Shown one piece after another: positions 37,398-47,917 of a stretch of 64,000 nucleotides of DNA (positions are counted from its first letter, which is position 1; each line of letters opens with the position of its first letter). This DNA is from an uncultured delta proteobacterium (GTDB taxonomy: Bacteria > Desulfobacterota > Binatia > UBA9968), in the NCBI GenBank assembly GCA_963771465.1, contig CAVYTU010000017.1:64001-128000 (forward strand), written 5' to 3'. The position numbers and the translations under genes were made by a program. Below the pieces are notes generated by a model. That model was not told the origin of the DNA. It saw nothing but the letters and a program-made list of their open reading frames with translations, and ran no database searches.

Positions 37398-38801
37398 CTA
37401 TGGGTTTGAGATATGCTCTCCGATTCGGTGCAGCCGATTGCGCACCAATTCGATGTGTGTGCGCAAGTTGTAGACGTAGTCGGAGTAGTTGGAGCTGACC
37501 CGAGTGCGATTGACGCCGTCTTCGATCTCGTCGAGACGGCCAAAATAACTGTCGAGCTTTGCGGGGTCGGGATTGGCGGCAACCTGTTCTTCTATCGACT
37601 TAAGCTCGCCGTACCATTTGAATACGCGCGATTTGTTGCGCCACTGGATTAGCATTGGAAGAATCTTGAACAGCGGCAGCAGCACGGCGATGAGCGGCAC
37701 TAGGAGCACGGCGATTCGCTCGATCAAGTTGGCGATCCAGAACGGCAGGTAACGCTGCAAAAACGGTGTGCCGCTTTTGTAAAAACGCTTGGCCTCGTCG
37801 GCGATGATGAATTCCGATTCCTTCGGTGCGGGAAACTCGCCGGACTTTTGCAGCATGCCGCCTCGTCCGTGAACTTCGGTGGCCGCCTGCAATAGCAAAA
37901 ATCCCAGCGCCGGATGAAAGTCTTCTTTCACGACCAGATTGGCCGTGGTCGTAAGCAAGATAACATCGCGGGCCGGAAGGTCCGCTGCCAGATCGATGGC
38001 GCCGCGCGGCAACTGTATCGCCGTGAGAAACGGGAAACGGCGCGTGAAGGCTTCGGCTTGAGCGAGATTCGCCAGCTTAACTTCTCTATCCTTGGCTAAT
38101 GTTTGTATTGCAGGCGTATCCGGGGAGCCGACCAGCATGGCGGCGTCGATGCTGCCGTCGATGATCTCCTTGACCGCGTCGTTGGCGCCGAGCGGTAAAA
38201 GATCGGCTGATGCGTTGTCGACGCCGCTGGCTTTGAGCAGCTGCAACGCCAGCGCGCGGGTGCCGCTGCCCTCGGCGCCGACGGCGACGCGCTTGCCCGT
38301 CAGCTGGCTCAGCTTGTCGATCTCGATATTCCCTCGATAGAAAACCCACAGCGGTTCGTAATAGACCGAGCCGAGGGAGCGCAGTCCCGCGGGCGGTTCG
38401 CCGCTGACCATGCCGGCTTGAATCAATCCGACTTCGAATTCAGATTGAGTGTCTTGCAGCCGCTGCAAGTTTTCCAGCGATCCCGCCGAAGGTTTGAGCG
38501 CTATGTTAATCTTCTCGCGGGCGAGAATGGCGCGATAGCGATTGGCAAATAGATGATAGGCGCCGCCGTCCGCACCGGTGGTCATGACAAAAGTGTCCGC
38601 CGGCGCCGGTTTGATAAAACGCGCGGCAAACCAAAAGGCTATAATGACCACAAGTAAGGGCAGCGCGACGATGAAGAAGATGTCCTTGACCGCTTCTTTG
38701 TCGAACTCCGTGCGTCCACCGTCCTCAGCCTTGCGCACGATCGAACGAATGCGGTGGCGGGCAGGCGTTGAGGAGTGAGGAGAAGTTGGGGGTTCGGCCA
38801 T
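37398..38801 (-). CDS. Membrane-anchored TAXI-family TRAP solute-binding protein
   Basis: TM anchor, TG..GGAY, SAGSLENL, YYEPLWVF, GSGT, FLQRYLPFW.A C-terminal TM. Confidence 0.85.
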   Translation of the reverse strand: MAEPPTSPHSSTPARHRIRSIVRKAEDGGRTEFDKEAVKDIFFIVALPLLVVIIAFWFAARFIKPAPADTFVMTTGADGGAYHLFANRYRAILAREKINIALKPSAGSLENLQRLQDTQSEFEVGLIQAGMVSGEPPAGLRSLGSVYYEPLWVFYRGNIEIDKLSQLTGKRVAVGAEGSGTRALALQLLKASGVDNASADLLPLGANDAVKEIIDGSIDAAMLVGSPDTPAIQTLAKDREVKLANLAQAEAFTRRFPFLTAIQLPRGAIDLAADLPARDVILLTTTANLVVKEDFHPALGFLLLQAATEVHGRGGMLQKSGEFPAPKESEFIIADEAKRFYKSGTPFLQRYLPFWIANLIERIAVLLVPLIAVLLPLFKILPMLIQWRNKSRVFKWYGELKSIEEQVAANPDPAKLDSYFGRLDEIEDGVNRTRVSSNYSDYVYNLRTHIELVRNRLHRIGEHISNP

Positions 38802-38804
38802 GGG

Positions 38805-39527
38805 TTATGTCCCCAATTGCTGAGCGAGGTCGCGGAAATCCTTGACGACAAAATCGTATCGTTCGGTTGGCGGAATTTTAGATGCTTTTCCAGCCCCATG
38901 TTCCATCGGTCGATGGACATACGCAGTACGCAGTCCATGCCTTTGCGCCGATTGAAGATCATGTTCGTGGGCGGCAACCATCATCATTTGCTCGGGTTTG
39001 AGGTCGAAGAGTTCACCGGGCAGAAGGTAAATTCCCGGATCGGGTTTGTAGCGGCGCACGTTCTCAGCAGACAAGACGCAGTCCCACGGCAGGCCGGCGT
39101 GCTTCGCCATGTTGGTCAGCAGCGAAATGTTGCCGTTGGATAACGTCGTGATGACGAAACGCGACTTCAAACGCTCAAGTCCCGGCACCGAGTCGGGCCA
39201 AGGTGTGAGCCGATGCCAGACGCGATTGAAGTGTTCCTTTTCTTCGCCACTGAGTGAATCGATGGCAAATTTCTTCAGCGTCTCGGCGAGCATCATGCGA
39301 TGCAGGTCATCGAGCTTTGTCCAGGGGAATTCGCCACTCTGAACTTTGTCCATGTATGGCCGATAAATGGCGCGCCAAGCGTCGGCAAAGGCAGTCCAGT
39401 CGATGTTGATGCCTTTTGTTTTGCCGAGTTGCTCGCCTTCGGCAATCACGCTCGATCGCCAGTCGACGACGGTGCCGAAGACATCGAAGGCGAGCAGTTT
39501 GATTTGCCGGATGTTTGGATTCGACAT
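38805..39527 (-). CDS. Haloacid dehalogenase type II
   Basis: FDVFGTVVDWR, LSNGN, YKP, VAAH..DL. Confidence 0.9.
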   Translation of the reverse strand: MSNPNIRQIKLLAFDVFGTVVDWRSSVIAEGEQLGKTKGINIDWTAFADAWRAIYRPYMDKVQSGEFPWTKLDDLHRMMLAETLKKFAIDSLSGEEKEHFNRVWHRLTPWPDSVPGLERLKSRFVITTLSNGNISLLTNMAKHAGLPWDCVLSAENVRRYKPDPGIYLLPGELFDLKPEQMMMVAAHEHDLQSAQRHGLRTAYVHRPMEHGAGKASKIPPTERYDFVVKDFRDLAQQLGT

Positions 39528-39538
39528 TAGGACTCCTG

Positions 39539-40696
39539 TTAGCCGCACACCGAAAACTTGAACGGATAGTTGTGCAGCGCCTCCCCTCCGCTAGGTTTCA
39601 CCACCACGGCGGCGCCTAATTGCAAGCCAGCTTTGAAATCCTTCGTGATCGGGTTGGGTTGGATGACGTGAACCATGTTTTCTTCCAGCGTCCATTTCTC
39701 CAGCGAGTGCGCAGCAGACTTCGTGCCGAGCTCGGGCGATTTGCCGGCTTCGCCGTGGAAGACGCTGTCGTAACTGGTGAAGCCACTGTCTTCGATGGCT
39801 GAAGTTGCGGCGATGATCTGTTCGCTGGTGGTGCCGGGTTTGCAGATACTGCGCACGCTTTCGTAGCAGTCGTAGGCGGCATCGAAAAGTTTGCGATAGG
39901 TGGGAGTGGGTTCTTTACCGATGGCAAATGGGCGATGGATTTGCGTCGAGTAGCCCCAATAGCTGACAGTAAGTTCCGTAATCACCACGCTGCCTTTTTC
40001 AAGTACGTGTGACGTCTGGCGCTGCCAGGGGACGAAACGATCGGGATTGTCCATATTGGTTGTCGCGATGAAATGAATGCCGGGATCGCCGCCATGTTTT
40101 AGATAGGCGTCGTAGACGATCGACACAACGTCATGCTCGGTTAATCCTGGCCGCAAATTTTTCTCTAACGCTTCACAGGCGAGATCGGTCAAGTAGCCGC
40201 TCTTGCGCAGATAGGTCAGTTCTTCGTCGCTGCGCACTCGACGAATTCTACCGAACTGCGGGCCAAATTCGAGGAACTCGGCTTCGGGAAACTGGCGCTG
40301 CAACTCCGTAACGTGGCCGTAGGACATGGCGCGCATACTGACCAGACCGATTTTGCTCTGGCTCAGGCCACGCTTGCGAATCTCTTCGACCAGCGTCGGC
40401 ATCGGTGTCGGTCCGTACCAGCGGACATCTTCGACGATTGATTGTGCTTTGGCGCAGGGTTGGTGATTGAAAAAGTGGATGAAGACAGTGGCGTCGCCTT
40501 CACCTGGGAAAAGCATCCAGCACGGTGATTGCGCCTGGTAGTTCGATAGGTAAGCCACTTCCGACGAACCGCGCGCGCCGGAGATCAGAAGGGCGTCGAC
40601 ATTGTTTTGCTTCATCGCTGCGTGAATTGCGTTGTAACGCCGCACGTATTCACCATCCGAGAAACAAGGGAATAGGCTTCCGTCATTCATTGTCAT
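39539..40696 (-). CDS. M24/creatinase-like (pita-bread fold) hydrolase
   Basis: Creatinase N-domain, R.VRS.EE, RPG.TE, GY..QI.RP, LEENMV. Confidence 0.8.
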   Translation of the reverse strand: MTMNDGSLFPCFSDGEYVRRYNAIHAAMKQNNVDALLISGARGSSEVAYLSNYQAQSPCWMLFPGEGDATVFIHFFNHQPCAKAQSIVEDVRWYGPTPMPTLVEEIRKRGLSQSKIGLVSMRAMSYGHVTELQRQFPEAEFLEFGPQFGRIRRVRSDEELTYLRKSGYLTDLACEALEKNLRPGLTEHDVVSIVYDAYLKHGGDPGIHFIATTNMDNPDRFVPWQRQTSHVLEKGSVVITELTVSYWGYSTQIHRPFAIGKEPTPTYRKLFDAAYDCYESVRSICKPGTTSEQIIAATSAIEDSGFTSYDSVFHGEAGKSPELGTKSAAHSLEKWTLEENMVHVIQPNPITKDFKAGLQLGAAVVVKPSGGEALHNYPFKFSVCG

Positions 40697-40714
40697 TGTC
40701 CAACTGATTTAAGA

Positions 40715-42736
40715 TTAAGACGTTTCGTTCCACACACCAGCGTTGCGATCTGGCTGGTTTGGGACCAAATCGGCACCACAGGAAATTAGCACATTCGCTT
40801 CCGGCCAGTAAGCTTCCAAGGTGCCGGATTTGACAGTCCACGAGCCGATCGGTACTGCCGAAGGTCATGAAGTTGAACTTTTTGCCGCGGTTCGTGGCGA
40901 GATAGAAGTTTCCCGAGCGAATTTCTGGTCGGGCGGATCGAGCGCGGTAAAGCGCGCGCGATTATCGGGCATGCCGGCAAAGCCGTCTTTGAATAGAAAC
41001 GGCCCACCCCATTGGAGCTGATCGCCTTCTTTTTTCAACTTTTCGATGCCTCGATAGATCGGCATGACGCGGCTCATCTCGTCGCGGATGCTTTGGGTAT
41101 CGTCGAACGGAAACAGCTTGTCGCCGTTGGGCATCGATCTGCGGCCAATCTGCACGGGGATTTCCCACTCGGGTCTGGTTTCGCCGATTGGATGGCCGAC
41201 GATCTCCGGGGTGAAGCGGATTCTTCTTTCGGTGCTGGTCGATGTGCCGCCGCTGCGTTGTTCGTAGCGGGTTTGGCCCGGCAGCAAAACCACCGTTTCC
41301 TCGGCGTCGAGCAACATCGAGCTGTTGAGCACGATGTCTTGATGCACACGCACGCGGACTTTGCCGAGCGCCGCGGCAACGAACTCAGGATCGGGCATGG
41401 TTTCATAAAGATTGGCGCCGATGGAATATAAAAACTTGATTTCACCGCGGCCCACCGCTTCGATCATCTGCGGCACTTTGAGGCCGGGATTGGACGGCAC
41501 CGGGTGATACCACAGATTGGAAAAACGCCGCGCGTTGTCGTCGTTGACGGCAAAGCCGCCGGGAAATTTATCGGGCTCCGCGCCGCAGTCACCGCCGCCT
41601 TGGACACCGCTATGGCTGCGGATCGGCATGATGCCGCATTTTTCCCTGCCGAGCATGCCGCGCGACAACGCGAGGTTGACGACGGCCTTCACGTTGTCGA
41701 CCGCAAACTCATGCTGCGTAAGCCCGGTGCCGTAAACCAATACCGCGGTGCGCGCGTGGCTGTACAGATCGGCGAAACGCTGCATCTGTCCGCGCGTCAC
41801 GCCCGAGCGCTGCTCAAGCATTTCCCAGCTCTGCCGTTCGACAGTTGCTTTGAGATCAGCGATGCCCGTGGTGTGTTTGTCGATGTACGCTTGATCGATT
41901 CGTTTGGAATAGATGAGTTCCTTCAATACGCCGTTAATAAAGGCTATGTCCCCGCCGACATGAACCTGAAAAAACTCGTCCATTAAGTTAGCGGGATTGA
42001 CGACGATAATCTGGGTACCGGCCTTTTGGGCGAGGTGTATGTATTTGGTCGCTTCCGGCTGATTGCGGGCGAGATCGGTACCGAATAGGATTAACAATTC
42101 CGTGCCGATAAAATCCGCCAGCGAACAGGTTGGCGCGCCGACGCCGAGGGTCGCTTTCAAACCCGAGTCGCTGCCGGCGTGGCATAAGCGCGAGCAGAGA
42201 TCGACGTTGTTGGTGCCGAGCACGCGGGCGAGCTTTTGAAAGACGTAATAGACTTCGTTGGTGAGCCCGCGCTGGGTGGCGAAGAACGCCATCTCATGGG
42301 GCGCGGTATCGTGGATCGATTTGCAGACGACGGCGAGGGCGTCGTCCCAGCCGATGCGCGTGAATCCGCGCTCGCCTTTGCGCCGGATCATCGGATAGGG
42401 CAAGCGGCCCAGCGATCGCAGCCCTTCAGGTTTCATTTGCTTGAGGCGCTCGACATCTCTCATGCGCGCCATGTCGAGGGACGGCATGGTATTGAGCTTG
42501 AGTAGCTTGAGCCGCTTCATGCACAGATGCACGCCGTCGAGCACGTTGTCGCGCAAGCCGTAAGGGCCGAGCGAGCAGCCGTCGCACACGCCGTGGTTGA
42601 TGATGTTCCACGCGTAGGGAATCTCTTTGCGGTTTTCCCATAGGACGCGAATCATGTCGCGAAAATGGTGCGGTTTGGTCTGGCCGATCAGGCCGAATGG
42701 GACGACCCGGGAGAGCGAGGTGTCGTTGGATTTCAT
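40715..42736 (-). pseudogene. FdhF/YdeP-family molybdopterin oxidoreductase with frameshifted, partly deleted C-terminus
   Basis: CDGCSLG, TNNVDLCSRLCH, TSTERR. C-terminal domain pieces GNFYLATNRGKKFN and GTLEAYWPEANVL lie in other frames. Confidence 0.75.
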
Positions 42737-42757
42737 GGCAGGTTTGTAATTCGCATC

Positions 42758-43213
42758 TCAGCTCAAGAGTTTGCGTAATTGGCGCAGGACTTGTTCAAAC
42801 GCCTCGGGCTGACTCTTCGAGACCGCAGTTTTGTATAGACCAAAGCGGTGATGGGATTGCCAGCGGCGCCATTCTTCGAGGGTGACAGACTCGCACAGCG
42901 ACCGACACCGCTCGACGACGGCTTCGGGCACCGCCGCGTCGCTCCATAGCGCCTCGCTCATAACCGCGGTTTTTTCTGCCGGTTGGCCCAGATACTTTCC
43001 CGAAAGGAAGTCGAGGTAACGTCGGAAAACTTCTTTCTCGTCATCGCTGTCGCAGGGCAGGTGACACAGAACCGCCCGTTCCTCCCTGCTGTATGCGAGC
43101 CAGTGCTTAAGCGAGATTTTGATTCCGGTGACGTCAAGCTTGCGGCGCAGGTCGAGCGGCAGGCGGCTCAAGGCGGGATAAAACTCGGCTTCGTAGTCGT
43201 AACGGTGAAACAT
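42758..43213 (-). CDS. narM: Nitrate reductase-associated protein (NarM-like)
   Basis: E.EF...L..LPL..RRKLD..GIK.SL.HW, W......RF.LYK pattern of the Nitr_red_assoc family. Confidence 0.7.
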   Translation of the reverse strand: MFHRYDYEAEFYPALSRLPLDLRRKLDVTGIKISLKHWLAYSREERAVLCHLPCDSDDEKEVFRRYLDFLSGKYLGQPAEKTAVMSEALWSDAAVPEAVVERCRSLCESVTLEEWRRWQSHHRFGLYKTAVSKSQPEAFEQVLRQLRKLLS

Positions 43214-43250
43214 TTGCGCGAATGAGTTGCCTTTCGCCCCTGTGAAAAGT

Positions 43251-43279
43251 TATTTTCCTCAGTGTGGGAGGCAAGTCAA
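43251..43279 (-). promoter_or_regulatory. Sigma-70-like promoter candidate
   Basis: Minus strand TTGACTTGCC-N11-GGAAAATA, 38 nt upstream of the narM-like ATG. Confidence 0.45.
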
Positions 43280-43669
43280 CTGTGCAGACACAGATTAAGG
43301 CGAGCGGGAATGAAGAATTGCGGGTAAGCGACCATTTAGATGCAAAGAATGCGGGAGAATCGACCCAGAGAGATTTACAGGGTCGTTACAATTCTAGGAG
43401 CGTGGGCGCCAAGGAACCGTCCGGCCGGCGGCCGCACGCTGCTTGGCGACGGCATGCCGAAACGCATGAAGGTGCCACGTAGAAGAGCGTAGCCGCATCC
43501 AGGTCTTCAAGAGTTGCATGTAGGCTTTGCGCCGTTTGGGCGGGACATCCGGCTTGAGAATCTTGACTGACAAAAATGGTAGGTTCCGGGTCGCTCCTAA
43601 TTGATAAGATCGGTGCGACCGGCGATGACTTTAACAATGTGACAATCGGGAGGAAGTTTAACCTAATCC

Positions 43670-44191
43670 ATGCAATACGATCCCAAACAATCCAATTCGC
43701 CACCGGCGCCGATCGAGCCCACAGGGTTTTTCACCGGCATCCAGTTTCGACCCATCGTCATGGGTGTGATCGTCGATACGCTTGCGACCATGGCGTTGAC
43801 GACTGCCTATTATTCCTTTGTTGTCGCAAAAGAGGTCGCTGATAAAGGTGTAGGCGATGAGGACGCGTTCGCCGAATATTGGGCTTCCAGCGACGGGCTG
43901 ATGGCAAGCCTACTGCTCGGTTCGTTAGGAACGTTGATCGGCGGTTTTTACGCTGCCTATAAGGCTGGTACCTTGGAGATGAAACACGGCGCGCTGGTCG
44001 GTATCGGTTCGATCCTCCTCGGCTTACTGCTGACAGGAGGCGCCGAGAGTCAGACTCCCGAATGGTTCATGGCGCTCTCATTCGCCGCGGCGATTCCCGC
44101 TGGCGCGCTCGGCGGCTTCTTGGCGGAAATGTTTAAGGGCGCCACGGGTAGCGGGCACTCCTCGCACGTCGGAAGGTCTCCCGGCGGGTAA
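43670..44191 (+). CDS. Small 4-TM hypothetical membrane protein
   Basis: GGFYAA..AG..E..HGALVG and GALGG Gly-rich helices. Confidence 0.7.
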   Translation: MQYDPKQSNSPPAPIEPTGFFTGIQFRPIVMGVIVDTLATMALTTAYYSFVVAKEVADKGVGDEDAFAEYWASSDGLMASLLLGSLGTLIGGFYAAYKAGTLEMKHGALVGIGSILLGLLLTGGAESQTPEWFMALSFAAAIPAGALGGFLAEMFKGATGSGHSSHVGRSPGG

Positions 44192-44261
44192 GAATTCTGC
44201 TATAATTGAATGGCCGCTCGTGCGTAAGGCCGACAACGTTGCCCAACCTGCTACCTAACGA

Positions 44262-44630
44262 ATGCGTTCCTATATAGCACAATTGCGGTTTCTGATGGTC
44301 CGCGAGCAGCTCGCGCTCGGTTGGAAGATCGGGCTATTCATCGTTTGCGGCGCGCTCTTGTATGGCTCGATGACGCTCATGGACGTCAACATCCGCTCGG
44401 TGGATGTTAACGGAACGGTCACGTCGCATCAGACCGAGACACTAAAATCCGAGTCGGCAACTTATCTCATCGTGCAACTCGATCGTGGCGACACTGTGCG
44501 GGCGAAAAGCGTAGGCTCATTTGACTATCGGGCGGGCCAACGAGCGGTTGTTCGAGAGATCACGACGAATTTTTTCGGACTCAAGAAGTACGTGTTCAAG
44601 GGCTACATCGAGAAGCCGCACGCTGGATAA
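44262..44630 (+). CDS. Hypothetical membrane-anchored small beta protein
   Basis: One TM followed by an OB-like beta pattern; TGcTATAAT upstream. Start uncertain. Confidence 0.55.
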   Translation: MRSYIAQLRFLMVREQLALGWKIGLFIVCGALLYGSMTLMDVNIRSVDVNGTVTSHQTETLKSESATYLIVQLDRGDTVRAKSVGSFDYRAGQRAVVREITTNFFGLKKYVFKGYIEKPHAG

Positions 44631-44661
44631 TCGTGTTGAGCCTGTTAGTGATGGAGTCTCA

Positions 44662-45228
44662 ATGACGACTTCCGCCGTCGAATATCGCCGAGCGCTTCCT
44701 CAAGATTACCCGGCAATCGTTCAACTCAATTCCGCCAACTTCATCGCCAATCTTTCTGAGGATGAGCGCACGGACGGGTTTCTGTCGGCGGTATTTACGC
44801 TAGACCAGACGGCGGCGATGGCGGACGATTTGGGGACGACGGTCGCCATTGTCGACGGCGTGCTGGCCGGCTTTCTCTGTGCGTTTCGCAATGACTTCGA
44901 CCACGGTTCGCCGGTGGTCGCTAAGATGATCGAGTCCTACGACCGCATGCGCTTCGAAGGTAAGCTCCTGAGCCAATTCAACACTTACGCTTACGGTCCG
45001 GTGTGTATCGGCCGCGCGTATCGGCGCAAAGGTCTATTGCGTGGTCTTTACGAGGCGCAGAAGAACGAATTGGCTGGCCGCTTCGAAGTCGGCGTCGCGC
45101 TCATCGCGCGCAGCAATCCGCACTCAATGCTGGCTCACGTCGCGGGACTCGGCATGACCGAAGTCGGCGAGTTTGAGGTCAGCGGTAACATGTTTGCTAC
45201 CGTCGCGTTTCGATTGCCGCCGCGATAA
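44662..45228 (+). CDS. GNAT family acetyltransferase
   Basis: GPVCI..AYRRKGL motif A, N..S..AH..LG; GGAG RBS before ATG 44662. Confidence 0.8.
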   Translation: MTTSAVEYRRALPQDYPAIVQLNSANFIANLSEDERTDGFLSAVFTLDQTAAMADDLGTTVAIVDGVLAGFLCAFRNDFDHGSPVVAKMIESYDRMRFEGKLLSQFNTYAYGPVCIGRAYRRKGLLRGLYEAQKNELAGRFEVGVALIARSNPHSMLAHVAGLGMTEVGEFEVSGNMFATVAFRLPPR

Positions 45229-45314
45229 TTGCGTCTTGCAGATGCGCTTCCACTCCCATAGAATTGGCTCGCCATTGCCGCATATTACTTTCACAGACGA
45301 AAGGAAAGTTACAC

Positions 45315-45818
45315 ATGGATGCCGATGCTAAGAAAACTGCGTTGCGAATGATTCCCTACGGAATCTACGTTTTGACTGCTGAGGGCAAGGACGGCAAAGT
45401 TGCCGCGTCGACGGTTAATTGGGTGACACAGACGGCATTTGCGCCGCCGCTAGTTGTCGTCGGCGTCAAGGCCGACTCCGGCGCCCATGCCATTATCAAA
45501 GAGAGCAAAACCTTTGCGCTCAACATGTTAGGTAAAGATCAGAAGGGACAAGCGTTCACTTTCTTCAAGCCGCTCGAACGTGAAGGCAACTCGATTGGCG
45601 GCGAGCCTTTTCGCAAGGGTTCGCTCGGCGCGCCGATTTTGGAGAAGGCGCCGGCGTTTGTCGAGTGCGCGCTGGTCAATACGGTGGAAATGGGCGATCA
45701 TTCGATCTTCGTCGGTGAAGTGAAGGATGCCGGCGTCGCGGTGGCGCCAACGGGCCGGCCAGACGATGCGATCTTGGCGATGCGCGATTTGGGCGACAAG
45801 GTGTTTTACGGGGGTTAG
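45315..45818 (+). CDS. Flavin reductase-like protein
   Basis: IPYGIYVLT, FAPPLV, GAPIL, GDHSIFVGEV. Confidence 0.9.
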   Translation: MDADAKKTALRMIPYGIYVLTAEGKDGKVAASTVNWVTQTAFAPPLVVVGVKADSGAHAIIKESKTFALNMLGKDQKGQAFTFFKPLEREGNSIGGEPFRKGSLGAPILEKAPAFVECALVNTVEMGDHSIFVGEVKDAGVAVAPTGRPDDAILAMRDLGDKVFYGG

Positions 45819-45888
45819 CGCGCGCCGTTCAATATTTAAGTGTTCAAAGTTCCAAGGTCGGCTGCTAAAAAATCATAGGAGATGAACA

Positions 45889-46257
45889 ATGGCTAAGATA
45901 CGGCATATCGCTTACCGGGCTGTCGATGTCGATGCGATGGCAAAGTTTTTCGTCGATGCCATGGGCATGACACTGATTCAAAAACGGAAGAATAACGCCA
46001 TCGACCTGAGCGATGGCTCGGTCAATATCACCGTGCTTCCGCTCGCCGCCGGTGTCGGCGGTCAAGCGGGTATCGACCACATCGGATTTTCTACCGATAA
46101 TGATCAAGAGCAATTTAAGTTGCTTGAAGCAGCGGGCGCGGAAAAAGCCGGCGCGGTGAACCTCGGCACCGCCTATTACGAAGACAAGTATCGCGGTCCC
46201 GAGGGAATCATCGTCGACGTGGGCCACTGGCAGGGCGCTGCGCCGGTCGATAAATAA
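45889..46257 (+). CDS. VOC family protein
   Basis: KIRHIA, GIDHIGF, GPEGIIVD; AGGAGA RBS. Confidence 0.85.
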   Translation: MAKIRHIAYRAVDVDAMAKFFVDAMGMTLIQKRKNNAIDLSDGSVNITVLPLAAGVGGQAGIDHIGFSTDNDQEQFKLLEAAGAEKAGAVNLGTAYYEDKYRGPEGIIVDVGHWQGAAPVDK

Positions 46258-46259
46258 TT

Positions 46260-46326
46260 CGTTCAAAGTTCAAACGTTCGATGTTTGGGGACCGCCTTGA
46301 ATTCTCTACTTTTGAATCTTGAACCG
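46260..46326. repeat. GTTCAA-unit inverted repeat between convergent genes
   Basis: cgttcaaagttcaaacgttc ... ttttgaatcttgaaccg; a similar run lies at 45826-45857. Confidence 0.55.
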
Positions 46327-46339
46327 GTTCTCGCCTACC

Positions 46340-47809
46340 TTACCTAATCATCAGCCGTTCGGCTTTGCCGGAGTAGTTGATGAAAACGGTTTTTAGCTCG
46401 GTAAAAAAGTTTAAACCTTCCACCGCCATCTCTCGTTCGCCGACGCCGGTTGCTTTGGTGCCGCCGAACGGCAACTGCGCTTCACCGCCGATGGTCGGTT
46501 CGTTGACGTGCACCATGCCGGTTTCGACTTCCTCGACGAAGTTCATGATCGTGTCGATGTTTTCCGTGAAGATCGATGTCGTTAGGCCGTATTCGACGCT
46601 GTTGGCGTAACTGAGCGCCTCATCCAGATTGTTTGCGGTGGTGACCGACAGCACCGGACCGAAGATTTCTTCTTTGAAAATGCGCATGGTCGGCGTCACG
46701 TTGTCGAATATCGTCGGCTCGACGAAATAGCCGCTGCCAAGCTGCTGCGGCGTTTTGCCGCCGAGCAGCAGACGCGCACCTTCTTGCTCGCCGATGGCGA
46801 TGTAGTCGAGATCGGTTTTCCACTGTTTGTTATCGACCGCCGGACCCATATCAACCGACTCGTCCAACCCCGGACCCACTTTGATTTTTTTTGCAGCTTC
46901 CACGAGCCGCTCGACCAACGCGTCTTTGACGGATGGGGCCGCGATCACGCGGGAAGTCGCCGTGCAGCGTTGACCGGTGGAGCCAAAGGCGCCGCCGTGG
47001 ATGGCTATGGCCGCTTTGTCGAGGTCGGCGTCGGCCATGACGATGACTGCGTTCTTGCCGCCCATCTCGCAGGTGACTTTAGCGCCGCGCTGCGCCGCCT
47101 TGGCGTAGAGCGCGCCGCCGACTTCGTTGGACCCGGTGAACGAGATCGCGCGCAGCACCGGCGAATTGACCATCGCTTCGCCGACTACGGAGCCGGAGCC
47201 GACGATCATGTTGAACACGCCGGCAGGCAATCCGGCTTCGGTGTAAATCTCAGTAAGGAGAGCCGCTGTCGCCGGCGTCAGTTCAGCGGGTTTGAAGATC
47301 ACGCAGTTGCCCGCGGCCAATGCCGGAGCCGATTTCCACACCGGAATCGCCCAGGGAAAATTCCACGGCGCGATGAGTCCGACGACACCGAGCGGGCGGC
47401 GAATCGTGTAGGTAAACGTATCCCGCGCTTCGGACGGCAAAGTCATGCCGTGCATGCGAAAACCCTCGCCCGCGTAGTATTCCAATAGCGAGATTCCTTT
47501 CATCACTTCGCCCTTGGCTTCCTTGAGGATTTTGCCTTCTTCGCGGGTAAGCGTGCGGGCGATTTCATCGGCGCGTTGGCGCGCGATGTCAGCGGCGCGC
47601 CATAGCACGCGGCCACGCTCGGGGCCGGGCGTTTTTCGCCACCCGCGAAACGCCGCCTGCGCCACGCCGATGGCGCGCGCGACATCTTCAACAGTCGCGG
47701 CGGGAAACTCGGCGATCACTTCCTCGGGGTCCGCCGGGTTGAGATTGCGTACCAAACGGTTCGACTTCGGATGAAACCATTTGCCGTCGACAAATGAACC
47801 GGTGTTCAT
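46340..47809 (-). CDS. NAD(P)-dependent aldehyde dehydrogenase (KGSADH-like)
   Basis: PWNFP, FTGS, EMGGKN, GQRCTA, EEIFGP, PFGG. Confidence 0.93.
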   Translation of the reverse strand: MNTGSFVDGKWFHPKSNRLVRNLNPADPEEVIAEFPAATVEDVARAIGVAQAAFRGWRKTPGPERGRVLWRAADIARQRADEIARTLTREEGKILKEAKGEVMKGISLLEYYAGEGFRMHGMTLPSEARDTFTYTIRRPLGVVGLIAPWNFPWAIPVWKSAPALAAGNCVIFKPAELTPATAALLTEIYTEAGLPAGVFNMIVGSGSVVGEAMVNSPVLRAISFTGSNEVGGALYAKAAQRGAKVTCEMGGKNAVIVMADADLDKAAIAIHGGAFGSTGQRCTATSRVIAAPSVKDALVERLVEAAKKIKVGPGLDESVDMGPAVDNKQWKTDLDYIAIGEQEGARLLLGGKTPQQLGSGYFVEPTIFDNVTPTMRIFKEEIFGPVLSVTTANNLDEALSYANSVEYGLTTSIFTENIDTIMNFVEEVETGMVHVNEPTIGGEAQLPFGGTKATGVGEREMAVEGLNFFTELKTVFINYSGKAERLMIR

Positions 47810-47917
47810 AATGACCTCGCGCTGACAGGTTAATTGGGATCAATCGTATAATTGACAGGCGAAATAAAAACCAACGACGCTGCTCGGGATTTCGCAAATG
47901 ATCGCGCGGTTGAAAAA

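Noticed and set aside
43214-43400. Moco riboswitch upstream of the molybdoenzyme unit
   Set aside because: Only GCCTCCC resembles the motif; it sits inside a promoter-like spacer and the other stems are absent.
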